From contig JAXMOL010000063.1 in the NCBI GenBank assembly GCA_034669905.1, forward strand, positions 1 through 42,013: a stretch of DNA of 42,013 nucleotides, given 5' to 3'. Positions 1 through 9,606 of the stretch are shown one piece after another; positions within the stretch are counted from its first letter, which is position 1, and each line of letters opens with the position of its first letter. Source of the stretch: Candidatus Hydrogenedentota bacterium (GTDB lineage: Bacteria > Hydrogenedentota > Hydrogenedentia > Hydrogenedentales > JAEUWI01). The notes under the pieces were generated by a model. That model did no database searches. It saw nothing but the letters and a program-made list of their open reading frames with translations, and was not told the origin of the DNA. The position numbers and the translations under genes were made by a program.

Positions 1-97
1 CGACGCAGTAGGCCCGTTCAGGCAAGGACAACGTGAGGTCCAACTGTTAGACACCCCCACCACCCACAAACACTCAGACGTCGGGGCCGTCCCCCTC
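1..97 (+). repeat. Repeat family A (GGGGACTGCACCGAC...GTCGGGGCYGTCCCC MITE/REP-like element), left end cut by the window edge
   Basis: Aligns along its length with 779-884 (caaggac.acgtgagg.ccaac...caaacactc.ga.gtcgg.gc.gtccccctc). Confidence 0.8.
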
Positions 98-125
98 TTC
101 ATAGACACCGCGCCCTTTACCCACG

Positions 126-731
126 CTAACCGCGTCGAAGTAGTCCCCGGGGAAAAAAGCGTCCCACACGGGCCATGTAGTCCCCATATTCCGGGCCGAG
201 GGTCTCCACAAGCCGTGCTTCTTCCAGGGGCGTTCGCCAGGCGACGAATGCCCAGAACGCGAGCGCGAAAATCGCCACGGCCACATTCTCCACAAGCAGA
301 CACACCCCGAGAGACTCGACCATCCCACCCACATAGAGGGGATGACGGACCCATGCGAAGGGCCCCGTCGTGGTGAGGGTATGGCCATCCCGCGTAGCGA
401 TGGTGATGGTCAGGTTTTTCCCGAGGTGATGCATACCCCAGATATGGAGGGCGGCACCCAAGGCCATCAGCGCCGCACCCACCCAACGGACGCCCAGCGG
501 AAGCGACAGCGACGACCACGCCATCCAAGAAGGATTCAACAGGTAGACCAGGACCGCCAGCGAATAGGCGACGTAGGAAACGCCCAGCGCCACCGTCAGC
601 AGAACGCCTTCCGCCCGCCCTTTCAATTGGGTTGCCCCCGCCCCCGTCCGCTTCATATAGCGACGGCTGATACTCAATTGACACCCCGCAATGACGACGA
701 GGGCAAGGCGATAGGGCCAGTCGATAAACAT
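126..731 (-). CDS. Isoprenylcysteine carboxyl methyltransferase / PEMT-family membrane protein
   Basis: Hydrophobic helices; H-x-L-x-T-x-G-P-F-x-x-V-R-H-P-x-Y and EE..L...G.EY..Y...V.RF motifs; GAGGA RBS. Confidence 0.85.
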   Translation of the reverse strand: MFIDWPYRLALVVIAGCQLSISRRYMKRTGAGATQLKGRAEGVLLTVALGVSYVAYSLAVLVYLLNPSWMAWSSLSLPLGVRWVGAALMALGAALHIWGMHHLGKNLTITIATRDGHTLTTTGPFAWVRHPLYVGGMVESLGVCLLVENVAVAIFALAFWAFVAWRTPLEEARLVETLGPEYGDYMARVGRFFPRGLLRRG

Positions 732-778
732 CTAACTATCCTCAGAAACCGTAACACATGGATAGACACACTATACCC

Positions 779-884
779 GGGGACTGCACCGACGACAAGA
801 ACCCGCTCTCACAAGGACTACGTGAGGCCCAACCAATAGATGCCACCCACCAACAAACACTCGGATGTCGGAGCTGTCCCCCTC
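779..884 (+). repeat. Repeat family A, full copy (about 106 bp, imperfect terminal inverted repeats)
   Basis: GGGGACTGCACCGAC at 779; GTCGGAGCTGTCCCC at 867-881. Confidence 0.85.
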
Positions 885-1004
885 TGAAAAGCACATGTTT
901 CCTGTGTCGATGCAGTCCCCGGGAACCTATTCGCGTAACGGCGGATTACACCCTTAGCAGCAATGGTGGCTTGATACTCATATCCGCTGGGAGAAAACAA
1001 CCCC

Positions 1005-1739
1005 ATGAAGACCATCCGATACGCGACGATGATAACCCTCATCGCACTGGTCACCCTGTCGGCCCGGGCCGAAGAGCCGATCCAGATATTGACCACCGGC
1101 CAGTTTCATGAAAACGAGTTCAAGGCCGAAGCCGGGGACGGATGGTGGGGCATCTTTCCGGAAGGCGGGGGCTTCACCCTCCAGCCCGCGCCGGTGACAG
1201 TGACCATCGAATACGATGGCATCATGGATGCTGAAGATGAAAAGACGGGGCGAAGGGTAAGCATCCCGCAGAAGTCGACGCCCGTGTTCCTCATCAAGGG
1301 CCTGCCCAACCCGACCGATGGCCCACTGGCATCCGCCGATTTGCCAACCAATCTCGGTTTCCTCTATCCCGGCCAGCAACTGAATCTTTCGCTCGTTAAA
1401 GACAAACGGGTCGACTATCGGTCGCTGATCGCCATCGGAAATGTTCGAGAGCACACCGTGTGGGGTGCCATTTACTTTCACGACTATCACTTCCTGCTGG
1501 TCGCTGGCCAACAACCCAGCTACATCACCCAGGAGCTGGGCCATATCAAACCCTTTGTACTCGATGGCATACCGAAAGTGGTCTGGGCCGGTGACTTAGA
1601 CCGCAATGGTGAGAGCGACCTGCTCCTTGATGTCACCTGGCACTACAACCTGAGCCACTATGAACTCTATCTTTCCAGCGCCGCGAAAGAAGGCGAACTC
1701 GTCGGAAAAGTCGCTGAGCTGGTCAGAACGGGATGCTGA
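1005..1739 (+). CDS. Exported hypothetical protein with a C-terminal D-x-D-x-N-G (FG-GAP/calcium-blade-like) motif
   Basis: Signal peptide ending ARA; WAGDLDRNGESDLLLD. Confidence 0.7.
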   Translation: MKTIRYATMITLIALVTLSARAEEPIQILTTGQFHENEFKAEAGDGWWGIFPEGGGFTLQPAPVTVTIEYDGIMDAEDEKTGRRVSIPQKSTPVFLIKGLPNPTDGPLASADLPTNLGFLYPGQQLNLSLVKDKRVDYRSLIAIGNVREHTVWGAIYFHDYHFLLVAGQQPSYITQELGHIKPFVLDGIPKVVWAGDLDRNGESDLLLDVTWHYNLSHYELYLSSAAKEGELVGKVAELVRTGC

Positions 1740-1798
1740 ACCAGAATTGGGCCCGGGAACTGCACCGACGTCCCCCGACCCAACACACCCCATGAGGG

Positions 1799-2042
1799 CC
1801 AGACCTTCAAGCACCGGAGGTGCGGCAGCCATTAGCCCGGGGTGGAGCGAGGATCGAGCGAATCCCCAGAAACACTCGTGACGCCAGACCTTCAAGCACC
1901 GGAGGTGCGTCAGCCATTAGCCTGGGGTGGAACGAGGATCGAGCGAATCCCCAGAAACACTCGTGACGCCAGACCTTCAAGCACCGGAGGTGCGGCAGCC
2001 ATTAGCCTGGGGTGGAGCGAGGAACGAGCGGAACCCCAGGAA
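1799..2042 (+). repeat. Repeat family B: three tandem 85-bp REP-like units, preceded by a family A left end at 1755-1770
   Basis: ccagaccttcaagcaccggaggtgc starts at 1799, 1884 and 1969; internal hairpins gcacc-gga-ggtgc and ctgggg...ccccag. Confidence 0.9.
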
Positions 2043-2149
2043 AGCCAGACGCACCCCGACGAATCCGCGAAGCGGATGGCACTCCCACGCCCGCACGTGT
2101 GGTCCACGGCGTCCACATCGTCCACCAAGTCCACTGCATCATCGCCCCG

Positions 2150-3604
2150 TCACTTCGCCGAGCTATCACTGCCTTCGAGCAACGGGTCATCCACCGCAAC
2201 CATCATGCCCTTGAGTTTTGCGTCCAGCTCCGACAACACCTCCTTCACTACCCCGTCTTCCGAAGCAATGAGATTCTCCAACTCACCCGGGTCTTCCGCC
2301 AGATGATAGAGCTCGTCCTTGCCCTCATTCTGAAAATCCCGTACCAACTTCCACGTCGGCGTGCGGTAGCCCCGCATGTTCGCCGATCCCGGCAGAGAGG
2401 CCCGCTGGTCATATTGGACGAAAAAATCATCGTTCCAGGCCGGAGTCTCTCCACGCAACAAAGGGGCCATGTCCTGACCGCGCAGGACCACCCCTTCCGG
2501 ATGGGGCACGCCGGCCATAGACAATAACGAGGGAAACCAATCGAGGCACGACGTGGTGCGGGTGACCGTGCTGCCCGCCGTGATTTTCCCCGGCCAGCGA
2601 ATAAAGGCCGGGGCCCGGAGGGAGTTGTCCCAGAGATTCGCCCGATTGCCCTGATTATTCTTCAACAGCCACCGCCCATTGCCCTTGTGCCAGATGCCGT
2701 GGTGGGCCATGTTGAATCCGTGATCGGAGGTGAAGACCACGATGGTGTTGTCGGCCTGGCCGTTCGCCTCGAGGGCCGCCAAGACCCGCCCGAGGTTCCG
2801 GTCCACACTGTGCACGCTGGCCAGATACTCCCGCGTCATGCGCTCCGCCCGGAGCACATCCAGATCCGGATGGCGGGGCTCGGGCAGGGTCGGTGTGATG
2901 TCCTTAAACAAATCCCAATCCCCATCACTCACCGGCAGCCACGTGCGATCGCCGTCGGGCGTCTTGTTCGCCGTGTTGGCGTGGGGCGCCCAGAAATGGA
3001 GCGACAGCAGAAAGGGCGCGTCGCCCCCCTTCCCCATAAAATCGAGCGCCAGGTCGGTGAGGATATCGGGCGTAAAGCCTTTCATCGGCCGTTGCGCCCC
3101 TTCGATTTCCATGACGGGATCTTTGGAGGTACGGGCCCCATGCCGCCAGCCCGCAAAATAGTCGTAGCCAAGCTGGGTCGGGTGGCTCCGGTCTGAGTCG
3201 CCCACATGCCACTTCCCAACGTGCCCCGTGCGATAACCGGCCCGCTGCAGTTCGCGAGGCCACACCGGAAAGGACGGGTCCAACCCGGCCGTGGGGTCCA
3301 GGGATTCGGGAAGATAGTCGGCAAAGCCAAACTCCAGCGGATAACGGCTCGTGAGCATGCTCGCCCGCGCCGGACTACATACCGGGCACGACGCGAAGTA
3401 GTTCGCGAGATGGACGCCCTCGGCACGGAGCCGGTCAATGTGGGGTGTGCGCGCATCGGGGTGCCCGTCGCCCCAGCTCCAAGGTCCCTGATCGTCGGTC
3501 ATGACGAAGAGAATATTGGGACGCTTCGCTGGTGTTGCGGTGGCACCCAGTGTCGCAGTGACCCCCGCCAGGAAGGTGCGTTGCAGAAAGGCGCGTCGGT
3601 TCAT
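2150..3604 (-). CDS. Sulfatase (formylglycine-dependent), Tat-exported
   Basis: MNRRAFL Tat signal (start moved to 3604, GGAG RBS); PNILFVMTDD, CSPAR, GKWH, TSDHG motifs. Confidence 0.92.
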   Translation of the reverse strand: MNRRAFLQRTFLAGVTATLGATATPAKRPNILFVMTDDQGPWSWGDGHPDARTPHIDRLRAEGVHLANYFASCPVCSPARASMLTSRYPLEFGFADYLPESLDPTAGLDPSFPVWPRELQRAGYRTGHVGKWHVGDSDRSHPTQLGYDYFAGWRHGARTSKDPVMEIEGAQRPMKGFTPDILTDLALDFMGKGGDAPFLLSLHFWAPHANTANKTPDGDRTWLPVSDGDWDLFKDITPTLPEPRHPDLDVLRAERMTREYLASVHSVDRNLGRVLAALEANGQADNTIVVFTSDHGFNMAHHGIWHKGNGRWLLKNNQGNRANLWDNSLRAPAFIRWPGKITAGSTVTRTTSCLDWFPSLLSMAGVPHPEGVVLRGQDMAPLLRGETPAWNDDFFVQYDQRASLPGSANMRGYRTPTWKLVRDFQNEGKDELYHLAEDPGELENLIASEDGVVKEVLSELDAKLKGMMVAVDDPLLEGSDSSAK

Positions 3605-3810
3605 TGTTGTTTGACTCCAGGATTTGAGACCATCACATCGCGTCAGGGCCATCCTACCTCATGTCTGACAACCAGCGCGATTCGATATATACCCATCAGG
3701 CGCGCGGGCATTCCTGTCCGAGGCAAAGGGCACATCGCTCAATAGTCAGACGTTTTCGATGTCGTCGTCCACCACGTCCACAGAGTCCACAAGACACTTC
3801 AATTCCGCCC

Positions 3811-5193
3811 TCACTCCAACCCCGGCAACGCCACGTTACTCACGCCATCCCGCCCCGGATGAAACAAATTATCCACCACCCGCACGTTTTTCGGAAAGCG
3901 CACATCGTCGGGCGCGTATTCCACATACAGCGCAAAGCGATAGCGGGGCCCCTCCTGAACCAGCTCGCCATCGACCATCACGCCATCCCGCCCGCTGTCA
4001 TACACCATGTTCCCCTGGATTAGGATGTCCGACAGGTTGGGGTTCTCCTCGAGTTGCTTGCCCATGAGCGAGATGGCCCGGCTCCCTCCCGCATCGGCAT
4101 GTTTCCCACCCCAGTTCCAATACTCATGGCCGTAGCCGTAGTCGGTAATCTGATTGTTGGTGATGGTAATCCCGCTGTCGTGGTTCCCCGCCTTCGCCGG
4201 GCTGCCTTCCGTGGCCGCCACCGCATGCTCCGACGCGGCCCCCGGATTCACCAGAATGCCCCACAGGTCGATGTGGGTCAGCAGGTTATTGGCCACGATA
4301 ACATTGCGGCTGCCGTGGGTCATCTTCACACCCATCATGCCGTGGTCCACGATGTTATCCGTACAGACCACGTGGTCCGAGTGGATGTCGATGCCCTGGG
4401 CACAGTTCTGCAGGTAGTTTCCCCGAATAATTGTATGGTGGGTATCTCTTGGACTGGTCACCACAATGGCCGAGCCCTGGTGCCAGTTGCTCACATAGTT
4501 CTTATCCCACGCCTCCCGGGGCATGAGCTTGCCCTTTTCATCCGGACGAATGGTGACCTCACCGAGCTTATACTGGTCCATGGCCGCGCGGGTCGGCAGC
4601 AGGCGGTCTTCGATAATTCGGTTGGATTCGATTAGCGTGCCCGTGCTGCCATTGACCAGGATACCGGTGCCGTCGATGGCGCGAAAGGCATAGCCATAGA
4701 GGGGCGAGTCGGTCCGGTCGTCGATGGCGATACACTTGTAGTTTCGGATCAGAGAGTCCCGGATGGTGACCTGCTGGGAGTTGCGGACTTCGATGGCGGC
4801 ATCCCGGGCATGGTGGTCGACCACACGGACGCCCGAGATCTCCACCAGCTTGCTGTTGTGGATAAACAGCCCTGCCCCCCGGGCAGGTTCCGGCGCAGGA
4901 CTGCGTGTTAACGTAATTCCTTCAATCCGAACGAGGGATGTATTTTCCACCGTTATAATCGTGGAGCCGGGAGCCGTTTGCTCAATGGTACCGGGGCCAT
5001 AGAGGCCGCTGCCCTCGGTCGTGAGATGGATCGCGCCCTCAATGCGGTGTATGCCGGGAGGTACAAAAAGCATTACATGGGGATTAGTATTGATCGCAGC
5101 CTGTATGGAAGGGTACTCTGTTACTGATTGAGCGCGGGCAATGAATACGGGGCACGCGGCAATAGCAAACAATAAAACGAAAAGCATACGCAT
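3811..5193 (-). CDS. Secreted right-handed parallel beta-helix (pectin-lyase-like) protein
   Basis: Signal peptide from the ATG at 5193 (GGGAG RBS); SIQAAI cap; repeated I-x-x-N-x-I beta-helix turns. Confidence 0.8.
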   Translation of the reverse strand: MRMLFVLLFAIAACPVFIARAQSVTEYPSIQAAINTNPHVMLFVPPGIHRIEGAIHLTTEGSGLYGPGTIEQTAPGSTIITVENTSLVRIEGITLTRSPAPEPARGAGLFIHNSKLVEISGVRVVDHHARDAAIEVRNSQQVTIRDSLIRNYKCIAIDDRTDSPLYGYAFRAIDGTGILVNGSTGTLIESNRIIEDRLLPTRAAMDQYKLGEVTIRPDEKGKLMPREAWDKNYVSNWHQGSAIVVTSPRDTHHTIIRGNYLQNCAQGIDIHSDHVVCTDNIVDHGMMGVKMTHGSRNVIVANNLLTHIDLWGILVNPGAASEHAVAATEGSPAKAGNHDSGITITNNQITDYGYGHEYWNWGGKHADAGGSRAISLMGKQLEENPNLSDILIQGNMVYDSGRDGVMVDGELVQEGPRYRFALYVEYAPDDVRFPKNVRVVDNLFHPGRDGVSNVALPGLE

Positions 5194-5270
5194 AAGACAC
5201 TCCCAGGGGTAGGCAGGGCGATCCCCTCGATCGCCGTTCCGCATCATTCCATATTTGTTTCGGCGTCTAC

Positions 5271-5299
5271 TTGAACTAGATAATAATAAGCGATACCAT
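5271..5299 (+). promoter_or_regulatory. Sigma70-type promoter TTGAAC-17-TACCAT, probably giving a leaderless mRNA
   Basis: -10 box ends 6 nt before the ATG at 5306; no SD sequence. Confidence 0.55.
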
Positions 5300-5305
5300 A
5301 CGCCT

Positions 5306-5617
5306 ATGAACAAGAGCTCAACCGTCACGAACCGGGTTAAATCCCTGCGCAATCAAAAGGGCATGCGTCAGTCGGACCTCGCGGTCGAGGTGGGGGTAAC
5401 CCGCCAGACCATTTTGGCCATCGAAAAGGGGCGCTTAAACCCCTCTATTCTGGTGTGCCTTCGCATTGCGGCTGCGCTGGAAACGTCTATCGATGCCATC
5501 TTCGCGTTGGAGTATGAAGAAGAAACGCCTCCCACGCCGGATCATGGTCCGTCCCAAGACGACAAGATCACCCACGATATGATTCGCGATAAGACCGCAC
5601 CGGCACGACGCAATTAG
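5306..5617 (+). CDS. XRE/Cro-family HTH transcriptional regulator
   Basis: NRVKSLR...QSDLAVEVGVTRQTILAIEKGRLNPS pattern. Confidence 0.9.
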   Translation: MNKSSTVTNRVKSLRNQKGMRQSDLAVEVGVTRQTILAIEKGRLNPSILVCLRIAAALETSIDAIFALEYEEETPPTPDHGPSQDDKITHDMIRDKTAPARRN

Positions 5618-5633
5618 CCCCCTGACCACACTG

Positions 5634-6047
5634 TCAGATGTAATACATGTTGTCTGTGGCCGCTTTGTCCATGAGATTTCGGAGGGTGGTCCCCGCCAAA
5701 ACGGTGCGTATCCCCCGGGCCACTTCTTCCCAGGCGGGCTTTAACACGTCGGCGGCAGAATCTTCTACGGGCAGCGGGTGGAGAATGGTCCCATCGATGG
5801 CTTCCACGATTTCCAGCAACTGCAACTCGTCGGGCGCCCGGGCCAACAGATAGCCCCCCTGTGAACCCCGAAGACTACGCACCAGACCCGCCCGCTTGAG
5901 TTGGAGCAGGATGTGGACCAGGTACTTCTCGGGAATATGACGGCGCTCGGCGATCTCCTGGGAGGTCACCGTCTGCTGCGCGGCAAAGTGGGCACCCAAC
6001 TCAACCAGGGCGCGACACGCGTACTCACATCGTGCGGAAATGTTCAT
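5634..6047 (-). CDS. Rrf2-family regulator, CymR-like (no Fe-S cysteine triad)
   Basis: YACRALVEL...IPEKYLVHILLQLKRAGLVRSLRGSQGGYLLA; C-terminus MYYI. Confidence 0.9.
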   Translation of the reverse strand: MNISARCEYACRALVELGAHFAAQQTVTSQEIAERRHIPEKYLVHILLQLKRAGLVRSLRGSQGGYLLARAPDELQLLEIVEAIDGTILHPLPVEDSAADVLKPAWEEVARGIRTVLAGTTLRNLMDKAATDNMYYI

Positions 6048-6214
6048 TCGGAGTACTTTACCCTGTCCACCCCCGGAAAATCGACCCGCAACACCCGCTT
6101 TGGGTTTTCCCGTACCCGGCATTTCCCGCACGGCGGGAAATTTCGCTACACTCTGCCCAATCGGAATGCTATACTCGTTGAAGTGTGAAGTTATTTGTTC
6201 AGGAGGAGTGGGGT

Positions 6215-6880
6215 ATGAAACGCAACGAAACAATTCTTATCGTCGATGACGATTCCGTCAACCTCATGCTGGTTCGGAAGCTCATTTCGCAGCGATACAA
6301 TTACGAACTGCTCGAGGCCATCGACGGAGACTCTGCGCTGGCCATTGCCCGCTCCAACCCGGATCTCGATCTCATCCTGCTCGACGTGCAAATGCCGGAT
6401 ATCAGCGGTATCGAAGTCTGCCGCCAATTGAAGCAGGACGAATCCACTCGGAACATCCCTATCGTCCTTATTTCGGCGGTCCACACCAACGACGCCAGTA
6501 TCCGTGAGGGGCTCGACGCCGGCGCCGACGGCTATATCACCAAGCCCATCGAAGACAACATGCTCAAAGCCTGGATTCAGGCCGCCCTGCGCATCAATGC
6601 CCTGACCCGCGCCCTCGATGCGAAAGACGCGCCGGTCCACGAAGACATTGATGACCTGCTGGAGCACTTCACCAAGCTGTCCCACGATGTCAACAATCCT
6701 TTACAAAGCGTCATGACCTCGGCCGATTTGCTTGGTATGGAGCTCGACTACCGCGAGGAAATGGTGAGCGTTATCCAAAACCTGCAGGAAAGTGCCGAGC
6801 GTATCGCCCAGTTGGTGGGGGAAGCCAGTCGCCAGGCCAAGATCTTTAAGCAGGCCCACGAAGCCAAACAAGCCAACTGA
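6215..6880 (+). CDS. Response-regulator receiver domain fused to a HisKA(DHp)-like helical pair, no ATPase domain
   Basis: ILIVDDD, LILLDVQMP, YITKP; H-box LSHDVNNPL; AGGAGG RBS; extended -10 TGcTATACT upstream. Confidence 0.85.
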   Translation: MKRNETILIVDDDSVNLMLVRKLISQRYNYELLEAIDGDSALAIARSNPDLDLILLDVQMPDISGIEVCRQLKQDESTRNIPIVLISAVHTNDASIREGLDAGADGYITKPIEDNMLKAWIQAALRINALTRALDAKDAPVHEDIDDLLEHFTKLSHDVNNPLQSVMTSADLLGMELDYREEMVSVIQNLQESAERIAQLVGEASRQAKIFKQAHEAKQAN

Positions 6881-6957
6881 CCCGACCCATCTTGTCCTGT
6901 CGGGGTTGGGGCGGCGATGGCGGCGGGGTGAACGACCTGAGCGCTGAAGTTATCACC

Positions 6958-7677
6958 ATGACCGATGAACATAGAGACCGACCCCGCGACCTTATCGCCA
7001 TCATCCCCTGTTTCAACGCCGGGGATCGGGTCCGCCCCGTCGTGGAGGCGGTACTCCAGCAGCTGGACCAGGTCATCGTCGTCGATGACGGTTCCACCGA
7101 TGATTCCATCACGTCGCTGGCCGACTTGCCGGTCGAAATCATCCGCATCCCCCAGAATAAGGGGAAGGGCCATTCCCTTCTGGCCGGTTTCCAGGCGGCC
7201 CTGGCCCACCCCGACGTGGCCTGTGTATGCGCCCTGGATGCCGACGGCCAACATGATCCCGCCGAATTGCCGCGCCTCTACGCGGCTTTCCAGGAAAACG
7301 AGGCCGACCTGGTCATTGGCTCGCGCGTGTTTGAAGGCCAACACATCCCCTGGCGAAGCCGCTTTGGCAATAAGGTAACCATCACCGTCACCGCCCTCTT
7401 GCTCGGCCACAAACTCCCCGACACCCAGAGTGGCTACCGCCTCCTCTCCCGCCCCTTTACAGAAAGCGTGCTCCAGACCGTGTCCGGTGGCCGCTACGAG
7501 ACGGAGATGGAAATCATCGTCAAGGCCATCCGGGAGGGCTGGAAGGCCGTCCCCGTGCCCATTCGCACCATCTACGAGACCGGGAATGCCTCGTCCCACT
7601 TCCGCAAGTTCCACGACTCCTTCCGGATCTATGCCCGCCTCCTCCATGCGGCCTGGTTTTCCCGAAAATCCCGCTAA
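6958..7677 (+). CDS. Glycosyltransferase family 2 (DPM1-like)
   Basis: IIPCFN, VVDDGSTD, NKGKG, DADGQH, DTQSGYR motifs. Confidence 0.9.
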   Translation: MTDEHRDRPRDLIAIIPCFNAGDRVRPVVEAVLQQLDQVIVVDDGSTDDSITSLADLPVEIIRIPQNKGKGHSLLAGFQAALAHPDVACVCALDADGQHDPAELPRLYAAFQENEADLVIGSRVFEGQHIPWRSRFGNKVTITVTALLLGHKLPDTQSGYRLLSRPFTESVLQTVSGGRYETEMEIIVKAIREGWKAVPVPIRTIYETGNASSHFRKFHDSFRIYARLLHAAWFSRKSR

Positions 7678-7760
7678 AAAACACACCATTCTGTAACATT
7701 TCGGGGCCGACCGGTATTGTACGTAATGAGTTATGCTGTACCGCCACGTCGAGGAGCACC

Positions 7761-8252
7761 ATGATCCACCCCGAATACCGCTTGAATTGCGCCCTGCTGA
7801 CCCTGATCTGGACCGGGCTCCTGCTCACCGGCTGTCCTGCAGAACCCGATGTGCCCCCCACCCTGAGTGATGCGGTCGCGCTGACGCGCACCCACCGGGT
7901 TTCCTACACCCCCGGCTCCACCTTCGACGTAACCCTCACGATTGAGGTCCGGGAAGATGTGGACATCAGTGCCATCGCCCTCATAGAAACCACCCCGTCC
8001 GGGTGGGTCTATACCGGCGCATCCAGCCCCCAGGGGGGACTGCCCGCCCTCCGTCCTCAGAATGGCACCGAGGGGGATCTCAATTTCGTTTGGATTCAAC
8101 CTCCCAGTTTCCCCTACACCTTCACCTATTCACTGGGTATTCCGCTGAATGCCTCCGGTGTGGCCACCCTTCAGGGGCATGCAGAGTTTCGACAGGGGGA
8201 CGGTGCCGCCGAAACGACCGATATCCTCACTTCCTCCGCCCAGGAACTATAA
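7761..8252 (+). CDS. Putative lipoprotein with a beta-sandwich-like domain
   Basis: Lipobox LLLTGC; GAGGAG RBS; paralogous to the N-terminal domain of the next gene. Confidence 0.7.
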   Translation: MIHPEYRLNCALLTLIWTGLLLTGCPAEPDVPPTLSDAVALTRTHRVSYTPGSTFDVTLTIEVREDVDISAIALIETTPSGWVYTGASSPQGGLPALRPQNGTEGDLNFVWIQPPSFPYTFTYSLGIPLNASGVATLQGHAEFRQGDGAAETTDILTSSAQEL

Positions 8253-8286
8253 CCACGCCGGGCCGCAATTCGCGTATAATGGGGCC

Positions 8287-9522
8287 ATGATACCCCGTCA
8301 CACCCATAGGTCCCCCCACCTCCTCCTCTTCATGCTCGTGGGAACCCTGCTCATGCCCCTCCTGCCGGCCCAGGAAGACAGCACGGATACGGTGGAAGAC
8401 CCGAATCCGGCAGGCATCCTGCTCCAACGCAACCACGCGGGGGTCTTCGTCGGTGGCGAGGAGCTCATCGTACAGGTAAGCATTTCGGCCACCGCCGATG
8501 AAAGCCTCTTCGCCCTGGGGCTCTATGAAACGGTCCCGTCCGGCTGGACCTTTGAAGGCCTCTACGTCGACGCTGGCCCTTCGCCCGACATCCTCCCGCC
8601 CCAGGGCGCTACCGGCGTGCTGGAGTTCGGCTGGGTCTCCCCGGCTGTGCCCGTCGTGCTCCGCTATGCCCTGCGGATTCCCGCCCGGGACGCCGGCTCC
8701 CGCTTCATTACCGGTCAGGTGGAATACCGCCTGGAATCCGACCCCCGACGCAACTCGGCCCCCCTCATGACCCAGTTGGACGGTGTGGCCAATGAAATCC
8801 CCGTGGTGACCCTCCTCGGGCCTGCCCTGCTCCCCTGGTCAATCAACACCCCCTTCGCAGACCCCGGTGCCCAGGCGCAAGACGCCGAAGATGGCGACCT
8901 CAGCAACCAGGTTCAGGTGGCAGGACAGGTGGACGTCACCACCCCGGGGGACTACACCCTCACCTATGGGGTCACCGACAGCGCGGGCAATCGGGCGAAT
9001 CCCGTCTCCCGCACCGTCCGTGTCGGGGCAGCGGAAACGCCCGACGGGGGTGATCCTTCCCCCGGCGAGGTCAGTGCCGATCCGGAGATGACAGACCCGG
9101 ACGTCCCGGCGCGCCCCAACGCAGGCCCCATTCCCCGAAGCAGCAAGGCCCAGCCCGGCCCGAACATTACCGTACCCCCCATTTCCCTTGGGACAAACGC
9201 GCCCAGGCATGCCCTGCCCCCCGGGGAAGGGGAGGCGTCTGCAGAAAGGGATACCCCCTCCTCCCTCCCCAAGGATGGTCGCCTGTTTCGGGAAACGGCC
9301 ACCCACACGCCTTCCCCCGCAACGGACGATGGGGCAAAGAACGCCCTTTCCACGGTGGAAAATGCCCCGACGAGCCAGGCCGCCGAATCCACGGAGCCTG
9401 TGGAATGGACCGCCCGGCGCACCCTTACCCTGGGCCTCATTCTCCTCTTCGCGATACCCGCGATGGGGGTCGCGCTCTGCCGGTACCCGCTCTTTTCCCC
9501 GACCCGGCGTCGCCGGCGATAG
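8287..9522 (+). CDS. Surface protein: signal peptide, beta-sandwich domain, DUF5011-type Ig-like domain, Pro-rich linker, C-terminal TM helix and Arg tail
   Basis: FADPGAQAQDAEDGDLS...VDVTTPGDYTLTYGVTDSAGN.A...RTVRV; TATAAT 6 nt before the ATG at 8287. Confidence 0.8.
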   Translation: MIPRHTHRSPHLLLFMLVGTLLMPLLPAQEDSTDTVEDPNPAGILLQRNHAGVFVGGEELIVQVSISATADESLFALGLYETVPSGWTFEGLYVDAGPSPDILPPQGATGVLEFGWVSPAVPVVLRYALRIPARDAGSRFITGQVEYRLESDPRRNSAPLMTQLDGVANEIPVVTLLGPALLPWSINTPFADPGAQAQDAEDGDLSNQVQVAGQVDVTTPGDYTLTYGVTDSAGNRANPVSRTVRVGAAETPDGGDPSPGEVSADPEMTDPDVPARPNAGPIPRSSKAQPGPNITVPPISLGTNAPRHALPPGEGEASAERDTPSSLPKDGRLFRETATHTPSPATDDGAKNALSTVENAPTSQAAESTEPVEWTARRTLTLGLILLFAIPAMGVALCRYPLFSPTRRRRR

Positions 9523-9554
9523 GACGACGCGGAGAGGCCCCCCTGCCACCCATC

Positions 9555-9584
9555 AAAAAAAGGCCCACACCGAAGTGCGGGCCT
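9555..9584 (-). terminator. Intrinsic terminator
   Basis: Minus strand AGGCCCGCAC-TTCG-GTGTGGGCC followed by a T7 run. Confidence 0.85.
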
Positions 9585-9606
9585 GTCATTCCATAGCAGG
9601 ATGGGA

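Noticed and set aside
1799..2042. Tandem 85-bp repeats as a CRISPR array
   Set aside because: Units are contiguous with no unique spacers, and they match the dispersed REP-like family B.
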